Source: Candidatus Saccharimonadota bacterium (GTDB taxonomy: Bacteria; Patescibacteriota; Saccharimonadia; Saccharimonadales; JACDBH01). Taken from it: a DNA stretch of 64,000 nt. The stretch is taken from NCBI GenBank assembly GCA_028289135.1, contig JAQGGW010000006.1, positions 7,334 through 71,333 of the forward strand, given 5' to 3'. Positions 1 through 7,529 of this stretch are shown here, piece after piece. How positions within the stretch are numbered: the first letter of the stretch is position 1; each line of letters starts with the position of its first letter. Below the pieces are notes generated by a model. It was not told the origin of the DNA. It searched no databases and worked only from the letters and a program-made list of their open reading frames with translations. Position numbers and translations under genes: made by a program.

Positions 1-16
1 AATTAAAATCCATATC

Positions 17-412
17 CTAGGCAAGGTCACGGTTGCGGCTGCCGATTGTAAGCAGTTTAGCTATTGCTACCGTTAAGATGCCGTAGACGATTATAGCCAC
101 GATTGTGGCGCTGTCAAAGGTTGATGTTCCGTAAGTTGGGCGGGTAAAGATGCCGTTAAATGGCGCTACAAATACTCCGCTAAGGCTATAGACAAAGTTT
201 ACAAAACTACTTGCCTGAGATGCTCCAAGTAGGAGCAAGACAAAGCGTGCGGCTAGTATTACCATAATCGCACCGCCGATGTAGTAGACAATTCTTTGTG
301 CTAGAACTGAGCTGGATACGGATTGTGTCGTCCGAACGGTTTGTCTGTCTACTCGCTCGTTACCATTTACTGCTGTTTGCTGTCTTACTTCTGTTTGTTG
401 TTCGTCAACCAT
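17..412 (-). CDS. Small integral membrane protein, YggT-family-like
   Basis: 131-aa ORF with a polar N-terminus followed by hydrophobic spans (IVYYIGGAIMVILAARFVLLLLG and IVAIIVYGILTVAIAKLL). The FVAPFNGIF...FDSATIVA pattern recalls YggT-type proteins. Assigned by motif recall only. Confidence 0.5.
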   Translation of the reverse strand: MVDEQQTEVRQQTAVNGNERVDRQTVRTTQSVSSSVLAQRIVYYIGGAIMVILAARFVLLLLGASQASSFVNFVYSLSGVFVAPFNGIFTRPTYGTSTFDSATIVAIIVYGILTVAIAKLLTIGSRNRDLA

Positions 413-501
413 TTCATTCTCCTTATTAACCTTAAAGGTATAAGAAAATTATGACACTAGACTGGACAGGAAGATGTAAAATATCTTGCGCCAGCAAAAC
501 T

Positions 502-1248
<747 letters not shown>

Positions 1249-1500
1249 TTAAGACGCTAATAGGGTGGTCTTGTACCATTTTCACCTCACATGAAAAAAG
1301 CACAAGTTTTAACATTAGCGTGTCACGAAATATATGTCAACCCATGCCAAAATCGTTTCATAAAAGCTATCTGTAAAAGCATAATTGTTTTGCAGTAGTT
1401 TGTATATATTACAACGTGGCAGCCATCGAAGAGCAATATGCTTACAAAAAGCAAAACAAATAGGTTCATTTCAAAATAAGTCTCATCTGTTATAGAATAG

Positions 1501-2169
1501 GTGAATATGGAAAAAATCTTGCCAGAAAAACCAGTGCTTATCATGATGTATGGCTTTCCGGGTTCTGGTAAAACCTACTTTTCACGCCAGCTCTGTGAAG
1601 AGGTACAATCCGCCCATCTCGAAGAAGACCGCATTCGATACGAACTTTTTCAGCAGCCACGCTTTTCCAAGCAAGAAAACTTTGCTCTAGGACGCATTAT
1701 GGAATATATGACGGGCGAATTTTTAAATGCAGGCATCAGCGTTATTTATGACATGAACGCCATGCGCATTAGCCAACGCCATCAGCTGCGGGAAATTGCC
1801 CGTAAACATAAAGCCGAAACACTCGTCGTATGGTTCCAGCTGGACGCCGACACTGCATATCTCCGCAACCAAAAACGTGACCGCCGCAAGCTCGACGACC
1901 GCTTTGCAGCCGGCTACAATGTCGAACAGTTTAAAGAAGTAGCTTCGTACATGCAGCAGCCGGAACCAACCGAAGATTTTATTGTTATCAGCGGCAAGCA
2001 CACATATCCAACCCAGCGCAGCAGTGTTATTAAAAAGCTGGCCGACAAAGGTGTCGTAAAACGCAGCGCCGCCATGCACAAAATGATTAAACCAGACCTT
2101 GTAAACCTTGTCCCAAACAACAATGGCAGCCAGAGCCAAAACGGCCGCCAAAACATTAATCTGAAATAA
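1501..2169 (+). CDS. P-loop kinase (AAA_33 / zeta-toxin-like / polynucleotide-kinase-like fold)
   Basis: Walker A motif MMYGFPGSGKTYFSRQL at the N-terminus, in a roughly 170-aa kinase-like core. The track start is GTG at 1501. ATG at 1507 lies 8 nt after a TAGAAT -10-like box (1493-1498) and may be the real, leaderless start. Confidence 0.6.
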   Translation: MNMEKILPEKPVLIMMYGFPGSGKTYFSRQLCEEVQSAHLEEDRIRYELFQQPRFSKQENFALGRIMEYMTGEFLNAGISVIYDMNAMRISQRHQLREIARKHKAETLVVWFQLDADTAYLRNQKRDRRKLDDRFAAGYNVEQFKEVASYMQQPEPTEDFIVISGKHTYPTQRSSVIKKLADKGVVKRSAAMHKMIKPDLVNLVPNNNGSQSQNGRQNINLK

Positions 2170-2172
2170 ATT

Positions 2173-2880
2173 ATGCCAGGAAAAGAATACGATATTGCCG
2201 GAATCGGTTCTGTTACTGTCCTCAAACGCCGGGGCAGTAAATCTATTCGTATGAGTTTTGGCAGCAAGGGTGAAGTCCGCGTGAGCATACCTTCTTGGGT
2301 GCCATACCAAGCAGGCGCATCTTTTGCCAGAGACCGCGCCGATTGGATTGCCGAGCACCAGCCAACACCAACTAGGCTCTTTAGCTCTGGAGACCGGATT
2401 GGCAAAGCCCACCACATGACCCTAAGCCCTGACGCCGTCGTCAAGTCCACCCAGGTGCGGTTAAAAGGCAGCGAGATAGTGGTCAAATACCCCGGCAAGC
2501 TTAATTTTGACGACCCTTTAGTACAAACAGCAGCTGAACGCGGAGCTAAAAAGGCCTTGCGGGGAGAAGGCGAGCGCTTGCTGCCGCAAAGATTAAGACT
2601 TTTAGCCGAAGAACATAACTTTGATTTCCGCAGCATTACCGTCAAGCAGCTCAAAACAAAGTGGGGCAGCTGCAACCAAAACCACGAGATAACCCTAAAC
2701 TACTACCTTATGCAGCTGCCGTGGCACCTAATAGACTACGTATTAATCCACGAACTGGTCCATACCGAACATCTCAACCACTCCGATGGTTTTTGGCAAC
2801 GGTTTGAAGAAGCGCTGCCTGGTGCCAAGAAAATCCGCAAAGAACTTAAAGCCTACAAAACGTCCGTCATCCCAAATTAG
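2173..2880 (+). CDS. YgjP/DUF45-type (M48-like) zinc metallohydrolase
   Basis: HExxH motif in IDYVLIHELVHTEHLNHSDGFW near the C-terminus, with a YgjP-like length. Starts 4 nt after the kinase gene, so the two are probably co-transcribed. Confidence 0.7.
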   Translation: MPGKEYDIAGIGSVTVLKRRGSKSIRMSFGSKGEVRVSIPSWVPYQAGASFARDRADWIAEHQPTPTRLFSSGDRIGKAHHMTLSPDAVVKSTQVRLKGSEIVVKYPGKLNFDDPLVQTAAERGAKKALRGEGERLLPQRLRLLAEEHNFDFRSITVKQLKTKWGSCNQNHEITLNYYLMQLPWHLIDYVLIHELVHTEHLNHSDGFWQRFEEALPGAKKIRKELKAYKTSVIPN

Positions 2881-2927
2881 CCCCGTTATTGACTGTTGCG
2901 GTCTTAAGTAGTAGTATTGACACATTG

Positions 2928-2957
2928 ACCTACAGAATAATGTAGGTTTTTTATTTT
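2928..2957 (+). terminator. Rho-independent terminator candidate upstream of secE
   Basis: ACCTACA (2928-2934), loop GAATAA, TGTAGGT (2941-2947), followed by TTTTTATTTT. Confidence 0.5.
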
Positions 2958-2970
2958 GTAAGGGGTAAAA

Positions 2971-3360
2971 ATGGCAGACAAAAAGCCGCGAGTTCGTAAA
3001 GTAGAGACTGTCCGCGAGCGCAACGAAAAGGCTACTCTTAAAGCCGAAGCTAACGCTTCTAAAGTTAAGAAACAACCTGTCCGCAGCACCGCGCGCACCA
3101 TCGGCAAGCCGCTAGGAGTGGTTGCAAAGCCGTTTAAAGCCCGCCCAGTGCGCTTTACGGCCAAATGGATAGGACTAATATTGGTCCCGCGTTATTTCCG
3201 CAACGCATTTAAGGAGCTACGCCAAGTAACCTGGCCATCACGCCGCGAAACCTGGAAGCTAACCTTCGCGGTTTTAATTTTCGCCGTAATCTTTGGCTTT
3301 TTAGTCACAGTAACTGACTACGGTCTCGATAAAGTAATAAGAAGGATTGTACTAAGATAA
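2971..3360 (+). CDS. secE: Preprotein translocase subunit SecE with a Lys/Arg-rich N-terminal extension
   Basis: C-terminal FKELRQVTWPSRRETWKLTFAVLIFAVIFGFLVTVTDYGLD is the canonical SecE TM and hinge. Sits directly upstream of nusG. Confidence 0.8.
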   Translation: MADKKPRVRKVETVRERNEKATLKAEANASKVKKQPVRSTARTIGKPLGVVAKPFKARPVRFTAKWIGLILVPRYFRNAFKELRQVTWPSRRETWKLTFAVLIFAVIFGFLVTVTDYGLDKVIRRIVLR

Positions 3361-3899
3361 TGAAACGCTACGACACAACCAAGCAATGGTACGCTATCCA
3401 CACTTATAGCGGCTACGAAGAAAAGGTCGCAGAATCTATCCGCCAGCGTGCGGAATCACTAGACATGAAGGACAAAATCTATCAGGTTTTGGTTCCTAAA
3501 GAAAAAATGATCGAAATCAAGAACGGCAAACGAAAAGTCGTTGAAAAGCGCATTTTCCAGGGCTATGTAATGGTAGAAATGAAGCTGACAGAAGACGCAT
3601 GGTACATTGTCCGCAACACCCCATCTGTTACTGGATTTGTTGGAACCGGCACTGAGCCGACCCCTGTTGAAAATGAAGAAATAGAAAAAATAATGAAGCG
3701 CATGGGCAAGGATGAGCCAAAGCACAAGATGGACTACAAAATTGGCGATGTTGTTAACATCATCGACGGTCCATTCAAGGGCTTTGACGGCGCTATTAAT
3801 GAAATTGACCCAGCTAAGGGCAAACTGAAAGTGCTCGTAAACATGTTTGGCCGCGAAACACCTGTTGAGCTTGATGGCTTACAGGTTAAGAAGACCTAA
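3360..3899 (+). CDS. nusG: Transcription termination/antitermination factor NusG
   Basis: KQWYAIHTYSGYEEKV NGN start and a C-terminal KOW block (GDVVNIIDGPFKGFDGAINEID). Canonical secE-nusG-rplK synteny. Confidence 0.95.
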   Translation: MKRYDTTKQWYAIHTYSGYEEKVAESIRQRAESLDMKDKIYQVLVPKEKMIEIKNGKRKVVEKRIFQGYVMVEMKLTEDAWYIVRNTPSVTGFVGTGTEPTPVENEEIEKIMKRMGKDEPKHKMDYKIGDVVNIIDGPFKGFDGAINEIDPAKGKLKVLVNMFGRETPVELDGLQVKKT

Positions 3900-3906
3900 C
3901 ATACAC

Positions 3907-4116
3907 ATGCCAAACCGTACAGAATTTTGGAGCGAAATAAGAGATCTTTCACTTGTGGTAGGTGCTGTGGGAGTTGGTGGCTTTATAACAAGTCAAGAAA
4001 TCGATAGTGTATGGACAGGATTAGGTATCGGTGGAGTTATTGGAGCCGTAATTTGTGCGATTATGGAACGAAAGACAGTGAGCAGTGATGATATTGATCC
4101 TAGACAACAGGGGTAA
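3907..4116 (+). CDS. Small two-span glycine-zipper membrane protein (hypothetical) inserted between nusG and rplK
   Basis: ATG 8 nt after the nusG stop, 69 aa. Two Gly-rich hydrophobic segments (LSLVVGAVGVGGFI and GLGIGGVIGAVICAIM). No Shine-Dalgarno sequence. The longer track ORF from 3847 overlaps nusG and is less likely. Confidence 0.35.
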   Translation: MPNRTEFWSEIRDLSLVVGAVGVGGFITSQEIDSVWTGLGIGGVIGAVICAIMERKTVSSDDIDPRQQG

Positions 4117-4129
4117 TCTATAGTACAAT
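4101..4129 (+). promoter_or_regulatory. Sigma70-type promoter candidate for rplK
   Basis: TAGACA (4101-4106), 17-nt spacer, TACAAT (4124-4129). The roughly 60-nt leader contains CAGGGAGCTTCACACCCTCGAG, a GGGAG-containing hairpin. Confidence 0.4.
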
Positions 4130-4196
4130 AGTACTTAAGTTACGCACAATTAGTTCAGGGAGCTTCACACCCTCGAGCATAAGAAGGATTTTTATC

Positions 4197-4625
4197 ATGG
4201 CAAAAGAAGTTAAAGCAAATTTGAAAATGAAAATCAAAGGCGGCCAAGCATCGGCAGCGCCTCCGGTTGGTAGCACCCTTGGCCAGCACGGTGTTAACAT
4301 GATGGATTTCATTGGACCGTTCAACGACGCAACTAAAGACCAAATGGGCAAGAACCTGACAGTTCACATCACTATTTTTACAGACAAGACTATGGCATGG
4401 CGCTTTGTTGGCGTCCCAACAGACGACCTCATCCGTGCAGCCCTTAAGATCGACAAAGGTTCTGGTGTCCCAAACAAGGAAAAGATTTCCAAGAAGCTTA
4501 GCCAGTCCCAGCTCCGCGAAATTGCCGAAACTAAAATCCAGGACATGAATGCTGACTCTGTTGAATCAGTCATGAAGATGGTTGCTGGAACAGCTCGTTC
4601 AATGGGCGTCGAAATCGAGGCCTAG
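4197..4625 (+). CDS. rplK: 50S ribosomal protein L11
   Basis: KMKIKGGQASAAPPVGSTLGQHGVNMMDF matches the L11 N-terminal domain. Synteny agrees. Confidence 0.95.
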   Translation: MAKEVKANLKMKIKGGQASAAPPVGSTLGQHGVNMMDFIGPFNDATKDQMGKNLTVHITIFTDKTMAWRFVGVPTDDLIRAALKIDKGSGVPNKEKISKKLSQSQLREIAETKIQDMNADSVESVMKMVAGTARSMGVEIEA

Positions 4626-4627
4626 GG

Positions 4628-5137
4628 ATGGCAATTTCAAACGAACGTCGACAAGCTTTCGAAAACGAATTAGATGACGTTTTAGGTGAAGCCACAAGAC
4701 ATATAAGAATCTCTGAAGCCGAGAAACAACGTATACGTGAGCGAACTTTTGGACTCATTAAGCATTTTGGTAAAAGTGATAAACCAGGCGATATAGCATC
4801 TACTTTAGATCCAACATCAGGCGACAGCGATACTTTGAATGGTTTTGGAGCTAACAGAGAATCTAGTTCACATCATGCGATGCAACGCGCCCTACATCAT
4901 CCAGTCACTGACGAAGGAGTGATAAAACCTTATATTGTCAGCCATGTTATTGGCACACGAAGACAAGTCGCTGAAGCAGATGAACCGTTTAGAACTACGG
5001 AACTTACAGTACCTACGCCTACACAAGAACATGGCGAGGAATTATCGTTACAACAAGACCTTGCGCAAAAAGTAAGTAGAGACACAGCTGCTGCGTTAAG
5101 CTTGTTTCTAGATGGTCCTCACCGTCAAGGTATGTAG
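4628..5137 (+). CDS. Hypothetical protein inserted between rplK and rplA
   Basis: 169-aa ORF starting 2 nt after the rplK stop. No recognisable motif. By eye it is more AT-rich than the flanking ribosomal genes. Confidence 0.5.
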   Translation: MAISNERRQAFENELDDVLGEATRHIRISEAEKQRIRERTFGLIKHFGKSDKPGDIASTLDPTSGDSDTLNGFGANRESSSHHAMQRALHHPVTDEGVIKPYIVSHVIGTRRQVAEADEPFRTTELTVPTPTQEHGEELSLQQDLAQKVSRDTAAALSLFLDGPHRQGM

Positions 5138-5143
5138 TATTAA

Positions 5144-5172
5144 TTGCATTTACCCCTGTTTTTTAGTATAAT
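5144..5172 (+). promoter_or_regulatory. Sigma70-type promoter candidate dedicated to rplA
   Basis: TTGCAT (5144-5149), 17-nt spacer, TATAAT (5167-5172). The roughly 60-nt leader contains GTGGGAGATTC and an SD-like GAAAGGA before ATG 5241. Confidence 0.5.
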
Positions 5173-5240
5173 TAGTTTATAAAACATTAATTTGTGGGAG
5201 ATTCTAACGAATCGTATGCACCACGAAAGGATCACAACTC

Positions 5241-6227
5241 ATGGCAGAAACTAAAACAGAGCTTTTGAAGCAAGCAAAAGAGCTTGGTGTTGAGCACCTA
5301 ACAACCAAGAACACTATGGCCGAAATGCGTGACGCAATCGCCGCCGTAGCGCCTAAAAAGCATGACAAAGAAGCCTTGCCCGCAGAAGAGCACGAAGCCA
5401 AAGTTGCCAAAGCTGGCAAACGAAGCGAGAAGGCTCTAAAAGAAACAGAAGAAAAGATCGAAAAAGAAGAGCGCAAAACTCATGCAGCCGAAAAGGCCGA
5501 AGCGCCAAAAGCTCCTGTTAAAGTTGTTCGCACTAAGCTTGAACGCGCGGGCAAAAAGCTACGCGAAGTTGCAAAACTTGTTGAAAAAGACAAAATGTAT
5601 ACCCTTAAGGACGCTTTGGAGCTTGCTATCAAGACTAGCCCAGTCAAGTTTGATGCGACCGTTGAACTCCACATTAACCTTGGTGTTGACCCGCGCCAGG
5701 CTGACCAGAACGTGCGTGATAACCTTGTGCTGCCAGCTGGAACCGGCAAAACCATTCGTATCGCTGTCTTGGCCGAAGCTGACGACGCTAAAGCTGCAAA
5801 AGCTGCTGGTGCTGACATTGCTGGGACTGACGACCTGTTAAAAGACATCGAAAAAGGCATTATAAACTTTGACACCTTAATCGCTACACCGGCTCTCATG
5901 GCTCGTCTTGGCAAATACGCCCGCGTGCTTGGTCCAAAAGGCCTGATGCCTAACCCAAAGAGCGGTACAGTGACTCCAGACGTTGTTAAGGCTGTTGAAC
6001 AGGCTAAAGCCGGCCGCGTAGAATACCGCGTTGACTCAACCGGCATCGTCCACCTAGGCGTTGGCAAAGTTTCATTTGGTACCGACAAGCTCGCGACCAA
6101 CGTTGCAGCTGTGTTTGCGTCAATCAAGAGCAACAAGCCAGCCAGCCTAAAAGGTAACTACGTCAAGGCAATTACCATGAGCACCACAATGGGCCCTGGT
6201 ATCAAGATTGCTACAAACGAACTTTAG
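5241..6227 (+). CDS. rplA: 50S ribosomal protein L1 with a roughly 95-aa N-terminal extension
   Basis: The core, from about residue 100 ([40 protein letters not shown]), is canonical L1. The first 35 or so residues ([30 protein letters not shown]) resemble the Rho-N/HeH (SAP-like) motif and are followed by a Lys/Glu/Ala-rich linker. Confidence 0.95.
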   Translation: MAETKTELLKQAKELGVEHLTTKNTMAEMRDAIAAVAPKKHDKEALPAEEHEAKVAKAGKRSEKALKETEEKIEKEERKTHAAEKAEAPKAPVKVVRTKLERAGKKLREVAKLVEKDKMYTLKDALELAIKTSPVKFDATVELHINLGVDPRQADQNVRDNLVLPAGTGKTIRIAVLAEADDAKAAKAAGADIAGTDDLLKDIEKGIINFDTLIATPALMARLGKYARVLGPKGLMPNPKSGTVTPDVVKAVEQAKAGRVEYRVDSTGIVHLGVGKVSFGTDKLATNVAAVFASIKSNKPASLKGNYVKAITMSTTMGPGIKIATNEL

Positions 6228-6245
6228 GGTAGTGCTTTAATAAAA

Positions 6246-6277
6246 AACGACCTTCGAATTGAAGGTCGTTTTATTTT
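6246..6277. terminator. Bidirectional Rho-independent terminator between rplA and the convergent gene
   Basis: AACGACCTTC (6246-6255), loop GAATT, GAAGGTCGTT (6261-6270). An A-run sits on the left and TTATTTT on the right. Confidence 0.8.
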
Positions 6278-6286
6278 AACTAAAAA

Positions 6287-6685
6287 TTAGTTTCCGCCCT
6301 TGACCGAAAAGTGCTTGCCTATGTGCCTTCCTATAAAACCTTTTCTTTGCTCCTGTCCGTATGTAAGTTCAGCTTCTTGCTCATCTAGAAGAATTTTTCT
6401 AAGTTCTGGCTTTCGTGTACTTGAAGCATATAAAAGCGCTGTATTTTGTGCAGAAAGTTTATCTGGCACGGGTTGATCTGTATACCTCGCAATGGTACGT
6501 TCCACAACGAAGAGTAAAGCTGTCAGACCTATTACTCCAGATCCTAGCGCCACAACAGCGGTTGTATCAGGATTCCTCTGCGGCAATTGATTCATTGGCT
6601 GTTCAATAGAAGCAAAGGTGCTTTCCGGAATAGGAACTAAGGGCATAACTTGCGTTGAAAATTCCAGACTATACGGATGGCTCAT
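6287..6685 (-). CDS. Hypothetical single-span membrane protein
   Basis: 132-aa ORF with one hydrophobic span (VVALGSGVIGLTALLFVV). No recognised motif. Confidence 0.5.
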   Translation of the reverse strand: MSHPYSLEFSTQVMPLVPIPESTFASIEQPMNQLPQRNPDTTAVVALGSGVIGLTALLFVVERTIARYTDQPVPDKLSAQNTALLYASSTRKPELRKILLDEQEAELTYGQEQRKGFIGRHIGKHFSVKGGN

Positions 6686-6815
6686 ATAAGTTATAATATC
6701 ACACTAGTGCTTTTATGTCAATTGAGTAGTTTTATTAAAATCTACAACACGTATATGCTTGTAGGGCAATGGCGTGGCCTAGTATACTAGTGCCAAGACC
6801 GATAGGAGGGTTATT

Positions 6816-7529
6816 TTGGGAGTTTATAGTAACATGCAGATAAGAAAGGCTATTGATGATGGTCATATTATTTGCACCCCTTTTCAACCCAAGCATGTCA
6901 GCCAGGCCTCTTTGGACGTTACTTTAGGCTATTATTTTTACAGGGTAGAGCGCGTTAATGAGCGCGGTATTTATAATCCTTTTGAACGCGAGGATGTTGA
7001 ACGTTATTTTGACGGCCCATACGAAGCTATGCCGCATGGCCAGTGGTGCAAGCTAAATGGCGTAACACCGCTTAAAAATATCCCTCTCGACCATCCAGTC
7101 ATCGCCCTCAAGCCCGGCGAACGTATTTTGGCACATACCCACGAGTTCTTTGGAATCTTGCCGCCAGGCGCCTGCGAAGTAAAGAGCCGCTCTTCTTGGG
7201 GCCGCAACGGCGTCGCTGTCTGTTTTGACGCCGGCTGGGTTGACCCGGGCTACATTAACCGCCTTACTCTCGAGATTTATAACTTAAACCAGCGCGAAAC
7301 CGTTTTGCTGCCGGTAGGTGAGCGCATTGCCCAGATTGTTTTCCACGAAACCGGCGAAGTAGACGGCAGCTACGGCGCAGGCCGGGATAGCGGCTTTAGC
7401 GGCAAATACCAATCTGGCACCAATCTTAAGACCCTTATGGCCACCTGGTCGCCGTCACTGATGCTGCCGCGGGCTTACATCGACAGCCGGGAAATGCCGG
7501 TCAAGATTGAGGGTATGAGTTATGAATGA
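6816..7529 (+). CDS. dcd: dCTP deaminase / dUTPase-superfamily protein
   Basis: The N-terminus IRKAIDDGHIICTPF...ASLDVTLG is typical of Dcd. TTG start at 6816 lies 6 nt after AGGAGG (6804-6809), with ATG 6834 as an alternative. At 237 aa it is longer than the usual Dcd. Confidence 0.85.
   Translation: MGVYSNMQIRKAIDDGHIICTPFQPKHVSQASLDVTLGYYFYRVERVNERGIYNPFEREDVERYFDGPYEAMPHGQWCKLNGVTPLKNIPLDHPVIALKPGERILAHTHEFFGILPPGACEVKSRSSWGRNGVAVCFDAGWVDPGYINRLTLEIYNLNQRETVLLPVGERIAQIVFHETGEVDGSYGAGRDSGFSGKYQSGTNLKTLMATWSPSLMLPRAYIDSREMPVKIEGMSYE

Noticed and set aside
1255-1285. AATAGGGTGGTCTTGTACC on the plus strand resembles the T-box motif AGGGTGGTACC.
   Set aside because: The motif is interrupted. 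There is no stem I or specifier architecture and no terminator. The downstream plus-strand gene is 240 nt away and is not an amino-acid-related gene. The sequence is better explained as part of the minus-strand rpf leader.
1723-2675. Long antisense ORFs (230 aa and 253 aa) opposite the kinase and DUF45 genes.
   Set aside because: They run antisense to two motif-supported genes and have low-complexity, Cys/Trp/Arg-rich sequences. They are classic shadow ORFs.
5480-6136. Antisense and alternative-frame ORFs inside rplA. There is a similar case at 11901-12191 inside rplL, and others at 11522-11755 and 11800-12009.
   Set aside because: They lie inside universally conserved ribosomal protein genes. 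Their Ala/Ser/Leu-rich composition reflects the complementary frame.
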